A stretch of DNA of 64,000 nucleotides from Bacteroides sp. (GTDB lineage: Bacteria; Bacteroidota; Bacteroidia; Bacteroidales; Bacteroidaceae): contig JAGATY010000089.1 in assembly GCA_017621035.1 (NCBI GenBank), forward strand, positions 3,884 through 67,883, given 5' to 3'. The translations under genes were made by a program, and so were the position numbers. Positions within the stretch are counted from its first letter, which is position 1. Every line of letters starts with the position of its first letter. The notes under the pieces are model-generated. The model did not search any database. It worked only from the letters and a program-made list of their open reading frames with translations, and had not been told where the DNA came from. This document shows positions 1 to 8,650 of the stretch, piece by piece.

Positions 1-336
1 GGCTGTCAGCATTCCATTGGAGGTAAGGGTGGCACCACTGACGGCATCTACTCCTTCGATTGTCTGCTTTCCCAATACGGCCTCTATAATCTGTTGCTCT
101 GCCGGCTGTGCAAATTTCGATTCAGATTGACTGAGAATACGGATAGCTGTGATGACATGCTCCTTCACCTCAATGGCTACCTTAATCATTCCATTCCGGC
201 CTTCGCCCAATCCTTCGAATACACCGTCTTGCATCACAGCTTCTTCCGGCTGTGGCTGGTCAGCCCCTTTCTCATCGCATCCTCTAAGGAGGATAATTCC
301 CCCGACCAAAGCAAGGATATAAATCAGTCTTTTCAT
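1..336 (-). CDS. FMN-binding domain (FMN_bind) membrane/lipoprotein, runs off the left edge of the window
   Basis: Manual translation from ATG at 336, open to position 1: MKRLIYILALVGGIILLRGCDEKG...DGVFEGLGEGRNGMIKVAIEV...EGVDAVSGATLTSNGMLTA. Signal peptide with LRGC lipobox-like motif; GxGxGxxG and DAVSGAT flavinylation motif. Not in the ORF track. Confidence 0.85.
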   Translation of the reverse strand, partial: MKRLIYILALVGGIILLRGCDEKGADQPQPEEAVMQDGVFEGLGEGRNGMIKVAIEVKEHVITAIRILSQSESKFAQPAEQQIIEAVLGKQTIEGVDAVSGATLTSNGMLTA

Positions 337-501
337 TATCTATCTTATTCCTTTTAAAAAGAAAATTAAAGCAGTTTCTAACTGCTCAAGGTTGAGTCTG
401 CGAAGTTACAGATTTTTTTATAAATACCCCAAAGCTGGCGTGAACAAGCAACGTATATTGTATGCAATTCAGATTGACAATACACTAACCAAGTCGTTCT
501 T

Positions 502-590
502 CTTCCACACAAGTGTGGAGCGTGCTGGACACAAGTGTGGAGTAAATGCCGCACTTGTGTGGAAGAAACGCGGGACTTGTGTGGAGCAAA
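502..590. repeat. 22-bp-period palindromic repeat element (CACAAGTGTGGAG family), copy 1
   Basis: GTGTGGA recurs at 513, 535, 557, 579; TTCTTCCACACAAGTG...CACTTGTGTGGAAGAA inverted repeat; related copy at about 28145-28240. Confidence 0.85.
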
Positions 591-780
591 CGCCCGTTTT
601 TTACTTTTCTTTGCCAGCTTTTGAGGGACTGATTCTCGCTCCAAAGCTATGTGTCTTCAAGCCAAAAAACGGCACAAATAGTCAACTGGGAAATCTACTG
701 AAAGTGCAATAATTGGTACAAAAAGTGCAATAAATGCGACTTTAAAGGCTTTAAAAGCAGGAAAAACGTACTTTGGTACA

Positions 781-815
781 CAAAGCAAAGCAAAGCAAAG
801 CACAGCAAAGCAAAG
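781..815. repeat. AAAGC pentanucleotide microsatellite
   Basis: caaagcaaagcaaagcaaagcacagcaaagcaaag read directly. Confidence 0.85.
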
Positions 816-841
816 AATACTCCCTCCTCTAAGGTTCCCCC

Positions 842-1169
842 TTGAGAGTTGAAAGTGGAAAGATGAAAGTGGAGAGTTGAGAGTTGACAATTGATAGTTG
901 ATAGTTGATAGTTGACTGCGGAACTGATGAGGCTAAGCGAGAAACTTTCATCTTTCATCTTTCAACTTTCAAAAGTTTTGTTTAACGCTTTTGCCAAAAA
1001 CATTTTTCTGCCATTGGCTGGCACCCTATCTTTGCAGCGTGGAAAGTGGAAAGTTGAAAGTGGAAAGTTGAAAGATGAAAGATGACAGCAAGCTGATGAG
1101 CATAACCGAATAACTATCAACTATCAACTATCAACTCTCATCTTTCATCTTTCCACTTTCAACTTTCAA
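842..1169. repeat. Two adjacent inverted 7-bp tandem arrays (TTGAAAG/TTGATAG type), each around a short CTGATGAG-containing core
   Basis: Arrays 842-915 / 944-971 and 1039-1087 / 1112-1169 are reverse complements of one another around cores at 916-943 and 1088-1111. Confidence 0.85.
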
Positions 1170-1212
1170 ATCGTTCTTTGCTTATTGTGACAACCCTTAA
1201 GAGTGTATCTTC

Positions 1213-2616
1213 TCAGAACATCTTTTGGAACTCTTCCAGCATGAACCACATTTCGGTGTCGATGCTCTTCTCATAGCTGCGTGAGTTGCAGAGTATCACG
1301 CCGTTCACGCCATTCTCTCCGCGTGCCCAAATGGTACAGACTCCGGCCAAGGTTCCGCCGTGGTAAGCAGCCCAATCATCAAACGTGGCGTGATTGGTTC
1401 TCCATCCTAAGGCATAGCGGGCACCTTCGCTGATGGGTTTGTACATCGTGTCCAGCGTCTCTTTCTTGAGGATGTCGGGTACTTTGGTGCCATAATCGAT
1501 GTGTGCCATCAGTTTCATCAGCTCTTCTGTATTGGCAATCATGCCGCCCGCTGCTTTAGAGAGCACCATGTCGTTTGCATATGGATCCTTTCCGCCCTGA
1601 CCATAGTACCGACACTCCTGGGTGCGCCGTTCGCTAGGACTGTTTTTGCCCACGAAGATGTTGCTGACTCCGGCCTTGGCATGTACCTCCTCGTGAAGGA
1701 AAGTCTCGTAATCTTTTCCGGAGACGGCCTCTATCACCTTGCCCAGAATACAGAAGTTCAGGTTGTTATAGTCAAACGTTGTGCCGGGGGTGTAGTCGGG
1801 AACGTTGTTCTTTATCATATCTTCGATGCGCTCTTCAAGGCTTGTGGTGGCGCCGGTGTAGATGGGGTCCTTAGACCATCCGCTAGTGTGCTGGAGCAGA
1901 TGTTTGACAGTAATCTGCTTCACGGTGGGGAGAACGTCGGTACCAAACTCCTCTTCCAGCAGGCCTCCTTCGCCAAACACGGTGTCGTCTATGGAGAGCA
2001 ATCCCTGCTCATAAAGCGTCATGATGCCCAAAGCAGTCTGTTGTTTAGACATGCTGGCCAAGCGGAAGAGGGTCTGAGGGGTAACCCGTTGCTTGGTATC
2101 TTTCACGGCAAAGCCATAACCGGCCTTATAAACCGTTTCTTCTCCCGCACTGATGGCCACCGAAACTCCCGGTAAACTGTGCTTTATCATGAAGTTATAC
2201 ACCTTGTTGTCGATAGTGGGATTGCCGTTTTTGGCAAGAACGGTGTAGCTTTGTGACTTTCCGCTCTCGGAGGTAACAACGAGGGTTGTGGTAGAAGAGA
2301 AGTCGCAAGGAGTGATATCACTCTCTGCAGGCTTTCCGTTGATGGTAACGGAGGCTCCGTCTCCTACCTTGAACGAGGGAACCAAAGCGGTCAGGTCGGC
2401 CTCTTCAGGAACAGTGATGTAGATTAACTCTCCCGAAGAGCGGCTGCTCATGTTGGAGGAGAGACCATCGTTATAGGACTTTTTGAAGGAGAAGCCGGTG
2501 AGGCTTGTGTCGTCGGACTTAGGTTCTTCCACGGCTTCTGAGTCACCGGAACAGCCTGCCAACAAGGCAGAACAAGCCACAAAGGCTAAGAGGTGCAGTT
2601 TCAAATAGTTTTTCAT
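1213..2616 (-). CDS. Serine hydrolase (beta-lactamase/PBP-like family) lipoprotein with N-terminal Ig-like (DUF5018-like) domain
   Basis: LLAGC lipobox; SxxK (SMSK), YxN (YNN) and HGG motifs; N-terminal beta-rich segment ending TLVVTSESGKSQSYTV. Confidence 0.85.
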   Translation of the reverse strand: MKNYLKLHLLAFVACSALLAGCSGDSEAVEEPKSDDTSLTGFSFKKSYNDGLSSNMSSRSSGELIYITVPEEADLTALVPSFKVGDGASVTINGKPAESDITPCDFSSTTTLVVTSESGKSQSYTVLAKNGNPTIDNKVYNFMIKHSLPGVSVAISAGEETVYKAGYGFAVKDTKQRVTPQTLFRLASMSKQQTALGIMTLYEQGLLSIDDTVFGEGGLLEEEFGTDVLPTVKQITVKHLLQHTSGWSKDPIYTGATTSLEERIEDMIKNNVPDYTPGTTFDYNNLNFCILGKVIEAVSGKDYETFLHEEVHAKAGVSNIFVGKNSPSERRTQECRYYGQGGKDPYANDMVLSKAAGGMIANTEELMKLMAHIDYGTKVPDILKKETLDTMYKPISEGARYALGWRTNHATFDDWAAYHGGTLAGVCTIWARGENGVNGVILCNSRSYEKSIDTEMWFMLEEFQKMF

Positions 2617-3338
2617 AGAATATCGATATTACAAAAGATTCTTTTGAATTGGCTGGCAAAAGTACGCTTTTCCTACAGTTTCGGCAACAGAGTTACTACG
2701 TTTTTTGCCGGCAGATGCTTTTCATTCCCCCTTTGGAGGCACAGAGAAAAGGAGAACCTCAGTGTGACGAGGAAGAAAGTTGGCGCGAAGGACGAAAGTT
2801 ACACTTTGTCAGCCGCTGACATTTTGTATTTCAAACCGCCTGAGAATCGCTTATTTCGGGCCGAGGGAAGGGTGAGTGGAGAATTTTAAAGTGAAAAGTG
2901 GTTATCTTGCTGACTGCTAGAGGTATCGCGAAATGTTTACAGAAATTCTAGCGAAGAATAAGGGTAAAAAACGGGAGATTGAATCCTCTTTTTCGTCCCA
3001 ATAAGAGTTCCGAGGCAGCAGAATAAGACTTCTGCACCGGAACTCTTAGACTTTTGAGGCAAAAGTCTTACTCTTTTCGGTCGAAACATTGGGACTTTTG
3101 AGCGAAATGTCGAGCATTTCCCGAGCTTTACTTACGAACCTACCCCCGTCAGACGGTGTCCTGGCGGGGGTGGGCGTAAATCTGCTTCGGGAAGAGTCTG
3201 CTTCTGCTCTCCTAGATTTGGCTTTTTGTAAAAAGGGTGAGTTAGTGAAACGGCTCTTTTCTCCTCTTTCTGTCGCTAAAAGGTTAAATCTGCTGTCATC
3301 TTGCATCTATTCATTTTCTCATTTCGACAGCCTATCTA

Positions 3339-3378
3339 AAGAAAAAGCACGCACTTACGAGGTAAGCACGTGCTATAA
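3339..3378 (-). terminator. Probable intrinsic terminator of the CNNM-nlpE unit
   Basis: Minus strand AGCACGTGCTTAC-CTC-GTAAGTGCGTGCT followed by a T-tract, about 30 bp after the stop at 3410. Confidence 0.65.
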
Positions 3379-3409
3379 TAAAGGAATGCAAAATAAAATC
3401 AGAACAAGA

Positions 3410-3889
3410 CTAGGGAGCTACTTGTATGATGTCGTAATTCAAGTCGCTGACGCTTTCTTGCAGATTATCGTTCACCAAGCGGAGGGTGGTGTCGTTCACA
3501 ATTACAAAGTAAATGGGGGCATCACCGTCATTCGGGGTGAGCTTGATAGCTTTCTTTGGCTTGTTGTTTACCTGCTTCTGGATGACCTCTTTCTTTCCTT
3601 TGGAGACGAAGCTTTGGTTTTTGCCCGGCCCGTTGGCATCCAGGTAGGTGGTTACCAGCGTATAGCCGCTCTCTCCGTTGGGACCGATGCTGTCTACACT
3701 CAGTACATATTCAATGCCGGGGCCGTCGGCTGCAGGCAAGATTCCTTCATAAACTATCACGGCTGAAGAGTCGTTCTCTGCAATGGCAAGCACACCGTCT
3801 TCCAACAACTCGGTGGCAGCCTGATTCCCTTTCGATTGGCAAGATACCAATGCAGCAACTAAGGCTGCAAACATCATTACTTTTTTCAT
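3410..3889 (-). CDS. NlpE/CutF N-terminal domain lipoprotein
   Basis: LVSC lipobox; YEGILPAADGPGI motif resembles the NlpE YxGxLPCADCxGI motif with the Cys residues replaced. Confidence 0.8.
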   Translation of the reverse strand: MKKVMMFAALVAALVSCQSKGNQAATELLEDGVLAIAENDSSAVIVYEGILPAADGPGIEYVLSVDSIGPNGESGYTLVTTYLDANGPGKNQSFVSKGKKEVIQKQVNNKPKKAIKLTPNDGDAPIYFVIVNDTTLRLVNDNLQESVSDLNYDIIQVAP

Positions 3890-3935
3890 TTTCTTTCTCT
3901 GTTTAAGTTAGTTATTTTCTTTAGCTTCGCAAGCA

Positions 3936-5231
3936 TCAATCTTCTGCTTCCGGCATTCGGGTGACAAGCAGTTTGTCCACTCGTTCGCGATCCATGTCCA
4001 TCACCTCAAACTGTAGGCTCTTGTAGCTGAAGCAGTCGCCTGTTCGAGGAACTCTTTCAACCAGGAACATGGCCAAGCCACTTAGCGTGGTGAAGCCTTC
4101 TTCTTTAAGGTCGTCGTAGTTCAAGATGTCCATCGCTTCCATAAAATCATTCAGGTTCATGGAGCCGTCTACCAGCATGGAACCATCTTGTCGGGTAACG
4201 ATTTCACTCTCTGCCGTCTCGTTCTCCTCCAGGATGTCTCCGAAGATGCTCTCTGTGAGGTCGTGCAGCGTAATGATTCCCATTGTGCTTCCATACTCAT
4301 CTACAACAACGCCGAAGTTGTTTTTGTTCTTCTTGAAAAGCTCCAAAACCTTCTTCGCATAAAGACTTTCCGGTATGAACAAAGGTTGGCGGGCAATGGT
4401 TCGCAGGTTGAAACTGTTTTCTTGATTGGGAAGCGTCACAATGTCCTTTACGGCAACCACGCCGAGAATGTTATCGATGCCATTCTCAACCAGCAGATAT
4501 TTGCTGAAGTGCTCTTGTTGAATGATGCGGAATATCTCTTCCTTCGATTGGGTAGGAGTAAGTGTAACCAGGTCGCGTCTGTGAGTCATCAGGTTGTTGG
4601 CACGCTTATCGGAGAATCGGAAGACATCGCGCAACATCTCGGTCTCCTCTTTGTCGAGCACGCCTTGTTGCTGACTTTGATTCAGAATCAGTTTCAGTTC
4701 TTCCTGCGTCATGGGTCGGTCGCTTTGACTTTGTAACCCGAGGAGGCGGCAAACCAGTTTGGTGGAACCGCTCAGCAGTCGGACAAACGGGTAAGCCAAC
4801 TTGGTGAGAAGCAGCATGGCCGGGCTTAAAAGCATGGCCCACCGTTCCGGATTGTTGAGCGCGATGGATTTGGGAACCAACTCTCCAACAACTAAAGAGA
4901 GATAGGTGATGAGGGCAACAACGGTTATCATTGCCAAGGTTTCGGCATAGACTCCTACAACAGGCAGTTGGGCAAATAGGGGAGCTACGTCGTCGGAAAG
5001 TGTCGCCCCACCGTAAGCACCGGAGATGATGCCAATCAGGGTGATACCTATTTGAATGGTAGAGAGAAACTCTTCGGGCTCTTCAAGCTGTTTGAGCACG
5101 TTTTTGGCTCTTTTGCTTCCTTTCCCGACCAGCGTTTCCAAGCGTGCTTTTCCGGAAGAAACCAGAGCCATTTCATACAGGGCAAACAGCCCGTTCAGTA
5201 TCAAAAGAAGGAGAATAATCAGAAATTCCAT
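3936..5231 (-). CDS. CNNM/CorB-type ('hemolysin family') membrane protein with CBS pair and CorC_HlyC domain
   Basis: LNGLFALYEMALVS, IQIGIT, GELVPKS, VVDEYG and TLSGL motifs. Confidence 0.92.
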   Translation of the reverse strand: MEFLIILLLLILNGLFALYEMALVSSGKARLETLVGKGSKRAKNVLKQLEEPEEFLSTIQIGITLIGIISGAYGGATLSDDVAPLFAQLPVVGVYAETLAMITVVALITYLSLVVGELVPKSIALNNPERWAMLLSPAMLLLTKLAYPFVRLLSGSTKLVCRLLGLQSQSDRPMTQEELKLILNQSQQQGVLDKEETEMLRDVFRFSDKRANNLMTHRRDLVTLTPTQSKEEIFRIIQQEHFSKYLLVENGIDNILGVVAVKDIVTLPNQENSFNLRTIARQPLFIPESLYAKKVLELFKKNKNNFGVVVDEYGSTMGIITLHDLTESIFGDILEENETAESEIVTRQDGSMLVDGSMNLNDFMEAMDILNYDDLKEEGFTTLSGLAMFLVERVPRTGDCFSYKSLQFEVMDMDRERVDKLLVTRMPEAED

Positions 5232-5327
5232 GCATTATTTTAACTAGTTTGTGGCGCAAAGTTATGTTTTTTCGGATATAAATTGCTAATATTGCACGCC
5301 GTTAGACTATTTTAATTTAATAACGAT

Positions 5328-6140
5328 ATGAAACGTAAAAAAGTTCTCTCACTCTTACTTGTATGTTTGCTGGCTGTCGGCGTACAGGCCGCCCGCGTAG
5401 ATACGGTAATGGTTAAAAGTCCTTCCATGAACAAAGATGTGAAGGTAGTGTTTGTTGTGTCTGACAAGGCATTGGCCAAGCAGAATTGTCCGGTACTCTT
5501 TCTGTTGCACGGCTACGGTGGCGATGCAACGAATTGGATTAAGAAGAAACCGGAGTTGAAACAGATTGTGGATGAGAAAGGATGGATTGTTGTTTGTCCC
5601 GACGGCAATGACAGTTGGTACTGGGACAGTCCGAAAGACCCTTCTTTCAAGTATGAAACCTTTGTGGCCAAGGAATTGGTCGCTTATACCGATAGCCACT
5701 ATGCTACTATCGCCGACAAGAAAGCACGTGCCATTACCGGTTTGAGTATGGGCGGACACGGAGCTCTCTGGCTGGCTACTCGTCACAAAGATGTCTTTGG
5801 TGCGGTAGGTTGCATGAGCGGCGGTGTAGATATTCGTCCTTTCCCGCTCAACTGGAAGATGAAAGAGCGTTTGGGAGAGTATGTTGCCAACAAAGCTTCG
5901 TGGGATGCGCACACGGTAATGACTGCCGTGGAGGGTTTAGAGAATGGAGATTTGGCCATAACCATCGATTGCGGTTCGTCAGACTTCTTCTACGAAGTGA
6001 ACAAGAGTCTGCATAACAAATTGCTGGCCCGTAAGATTGACCACGACTTTGTAGTGCGCCCGGGCGGTCATACTTGGAGTTATTGGGTATCTTCTTTAGA
6101 CTTTCAAGTGGTTTTCTTTGACAGATTCTTCAAGAAATAA
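5328..6140 (+). CDS. Secreted alpha/beta-hydrolase esterase (PF00756/CE1-like)
   Basis: Signal peptide; LLHGYGG, nucleophile GLSMGG, DCGSSDFF and GGHTW catalytic His. Confidence 0.88.
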   Translation: MKRKKVLSLLLVCLLAVGVQAARVDTVMVKSPSMNKDVKVVFVVSDKALAKQNCPVLFLLHGYGGDATNWIKKKPELKQIVDEKGWIVVCPDGNDSWYWDSPKDPSFKYETFVAKELVAYTDSHYATIADKKARAITGLSMGGHGALWLATRHKDVFGAVGCMSGGVDIRPFPLNWKMKERLGEYVANKASWDAHTVMTAVEGLENGDLAITIDCGSSDFFYEVNKSLHNKLLARKIDHDFVVRPGGHTWSYWVSSLDFQVVFFDRFFKK

Positions 6141-6194
6141 GCCCTCTTTCCGCTTTCAAGAGGAAGAGAAGTAGGAGATTTGTCTTCTACAGAC

Positions 6195-6240
6195 AATAGG
6201 CAGACACATTTATCCTTGTTGGTAAGTGTGTCTGCCTATT
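6195..6240. terminator. Hairpin between convergent genes, probable bidirectional terminator
   Basis: AATAGGCAGACACA...TGTGTCTGCCTATT 14-bp inverted repeat. Confidence 0.7.
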
Positions 6241-6265
6241 TCTTTGGATGCACTCTTCCGGATGT

Positions 6266-7150
6266 TTACCGGATGACGTATCGAAGCTCTCTTTCAAACT
6301 TTTTTCCGTAGCTGTGGGTGAGAACGATGCAGTGCGTAACCAGGTTTTCGCTGTCGAAAGTGTAACTGTAGCTGACGGTTTCGTTGCCTTCGCTCTCGCC
6401 GTCCGGTTTCAGGTCGGTGACAAGCAACTTCAGCGGTTCGCCCAGCAGTTTGCCGTAGAGGGCACAGGTGTGCAGGCAGAGCGGATGCTGTTCGGAAAGA
6501 AAGAGAAACGGAAGCTCGGAAAGATTTATGTATCGGGCTTCGTCGGAAGTGGTTGCCGTGAAGCTTTGCTCGAATTCATCCACTCGGTGGGTGATGTGCA
6601 GGGTGGGATAATCCGCATAATCGAGACTGATTTCCGCGTATTTACTTCCATCGGCCAGCTCCTCTTCGATGTGAGAGAGGTGTCGGCTTCCATCTTGGGC
6701 TATATAATAAGAAAAGGTGTAGTTGCGCACATCGCCTCCTACCTCTTGGCGAATGCAACTCGTGGCGTAGCCGTAACTATCCAAGGTGTAGGTTGAAACG
6801 TTGCCGAAGTCGTCGCTGACCACAGCTTGTTGCGCTTCGTAGCTCACCTGCGTGGTGTGCTTGTACTCCAAAGGCTCCACCACGTACAGCGTTTGGGTCG
6901 TGATGCAGCCGGTAAGTCTTCCTTCTGTGTACTGATAGCTCTGCGTGTTGGTAACGCTTTGGGCATCGCTTTTTTGTTCCTCGGACACCTCGATGCAATT
7001 GAATGAAACGGTCGGGTAGGGAGGAAGCTCCGGTTCGTTGCCCTGGGGAGTCTCTTCGTCCTGACAGCCGGCCATGATGAGCAGCAGCAGCCCGATGCAG
7101 AGGGGGAACCGTTGGCTTCCGGAGGTTTGAAATCTGTTGCCGCTCATCAT
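6266..7150 (-). CDS. DUF4595-like lipoprotein (YD-like beta-hairpin repeats)
   Basis: IMAGC lipobox; repeated YxYxxxGRL / YTLDSYGYA / YSYTFD motifs; start overlaps the S41 gene stop (ATGA at 7147-7150). Confidence 0.6.
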   Translation of the reverse strand: MMSGNRFQTSGSQRFPLCIGLLLLIMAGCQDEETPQGNEPELPPYPTVSFNCIEVSEEQKSDAQSVTNTQSYQYTEGRLTGCITTQTLYVVEPLEYKHTTQVSYEAQQAVVSDDFGNVSTYTLDSYGYATSCIRQEVGGDVRNYTFSYYIAQDGSRHLSHIEEELADGSKYAEISLDYADYPTLHITHRVDEFEQSFTATTSDEARYINLSELPFLFLSEQHPLCLHTCALYGKLLGEPLKLLVTDLKPDGESEGNETVSYSYTFDSENLVTHCIVLTHSYGKKFERELRYVIR

Positions 7151-8526
7151 CGCTTGTCTATAATGACGGCCTGAGTGGCCAATTGGTCTAAAGAGTTATA
7201 TACAGACGTAAAGTTGCTGGCAGCGCGAGTCTCGCCTTCGCTTTCAGGCTGTTCGCCGGTGGCAATCAGGCCCAAGGCAGTGGATAGCAAACATTCGTCG
7301 GTGTCGCCGAAGGGTAGGAAACGACTAAAGTCTTCTCGTTCGTTCACCCGATAGTCCGGCGTAAACCCGCTGCTGTAATCAGATTCCTCATTCTTATTAA
7401 AAATCTTGCAAATAATGGGACTCATGGTTATCAGACGCTCCTGATTGGTAAACACAGTGGAGCCAACGTTTTTTCCGACCGTGGTTTCCCCTATCAGAAT
7501 CACTTCCATGAAGGGCTTGAGGCAGTTGATGACCATCTCCGAGGCCGAGGCCGTATATTGACCCGTCAGAACGTAAACTCGACTCAGGTTAAGGTTTGCG
7601 CTTGGGTCGCTAAGATATCGGCCCAGTGTGAAGGGGTAGCTTTGCGGGCTGAAGTTACTGTTGTACTCCAGATATCCCAGATTTTGTCCCAGCGCGTCGG
7701 CCGGAGCCAGCAAAGAGCATAGCAGTTCGGCGCAACTCACCAGGCCGCCGTTGTTATAGCGCAAATCCAGCACAAATTCGTTTACACCGGCGGCGGCAAA
7801 GCTTCGGCAGGTCTCGACGAGCTGCTGATTGTAGGCCGAGGTGTTGGACGAGGGGCCGGCACTGAAGTGATTGTAGACCAGATAGCCTACGCGCTTCCCG
7901 CCTGCCTCATAGAGCTGGCTGAAGTGCACGGGGTTGTCCTCGATGGCACGTGCGGGGGCTATGGTCTTGGGGGCTTCTGTCACGCTGATGGCTTGGAGCG
8001 TCGGGTCGTACCGGCCGATGGTCAGTTGCATGGCTCCGCTGCCCAGCAGCAGGGGGTAGGTGGCTTCGGTGAGGCTTTCGCCGTTGATTTCCACAATCCA
8101 GTCGCCTCGTTGCAGGCCGATTTCCGATGCGGGAGTGTTCTCGGCTACGTAAAGTACCTGTACCAGGATTTGTCCCTCGCCGGCGGAGGTGCTGTAGGCT
8201 TGGAAGTGGAATCCGTAGCTGTAATTGGTGTAAGGAATGGCTCTGGTGTTGCCGGTTTGGCTCTGCAGGCTGTCGATGGTGGAGAATTTGTCGTTTTTGG
8301 AGAGTAGCTTCTTGAAGAAGGTGAATGGCTCTTGAAAGTAATTGACTTTATCGGTGGAAGGAAGGTCGTCCAACCAATAGTAATAGACGCGCATGGTGTC
8401 GTCAATCCATTGTGCGGTGGCTGTTTGCTCGGCGTAGGCCTTCCAGCGGTCTTCGCCGCAAGAGGAAAGGTAGCAGGGAATCAGAAGAGTCCCGATGATG
8501 ACTGGGAGAATGTGTTTTGCTTTCAT
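7147..8526 (-). CDS. S41 family peptidase lipoprotein (PDZ + C-terminal processing protease-like)
   Basis: YLSSC lipobox; YYYW, PDZ (GLQRGDWIVEING), VLDLRYNNGG, catalytic TASASE and GKN motifs. Confidence 0.9.
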   Translation of the reverse strand: MKAKHILPVIIGTLLIPCYLSSCGEDRWKAYAEQTATAQWIDDTMRVYYYWLDDLPSTDKVNYFQEPFTFFKKLLSKNDKFSTIDSLQSQTGNTRAIPYTNYSYGFHFQAYSTSAGEGQILVQVLYVAENTPASEIGLQRGDWIVEINGESLTEATYPLLLGSGAMQLTIGRYDPTLQAISVTEAPKTIAPARAIEDNPVHFSQLYEAGGKRVGYLVYNHFSAGPSSNTSAYNQQLVETCRSFAAAGVNEFVLDLRYNNGGLVSCAELLCSLLAPADALGQNLGYLEYNSNFSPQSYPFTLGRYLSDPSANLNLSRVYVLTGQYTASASEMVINCLKPFMEVILIGETTVGKNVGSTVFTNQERLITMSPIICKIFNKNEESDYSSGFTPDYRVNEREDFSRFLPFGDTDECLLSTALGLIATGEQPESEGETRAASNFTSVYNSLDQLATQAVIIDKR

Positions 8527-8650
8527 GGCGGCAAAATTAGGAAATTATATAATAAACTCCGCAACGAATCCCCCTTTTTTAGGGCGATGGGTTGCGGAGT
8601 CGGGCCGTGCGGAGAGGGCTGCAGTGTGCCGGCAGGCGGCGGGCGGCGGG

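Noticed and set aside
905-1125. Hammerhead ribozyme suggested by CTGATGAG...GAAA/CGAA in the two heptamer cores
   Set aside because: Copy 1 lacks a stem I and a G-C-closed stem II before GAAA. Copy 2 has GAAU instead of GAAA and at most a 1-bp stem II. An Infernal search and a cleavage assay would be needed to revive the idea.
2700-3330. Riboswitch or hidden gene in the gap upstream of the serine hydrolase
   Set aside because: The gene's TACTTTTG promoter box lies only about 40 bp from its start, leaving no long leader. I found only a hairpin (about 3002-3048) and degenerate 21-bp-phased repeats, and the ORFs there lack motifs.
3936-5231. Hemolysin toxin
   Set aside because: The domain layout is CNNM-CBS-CorC, a divalent-cation transport family; the hemolysin label is a legacy annotation.
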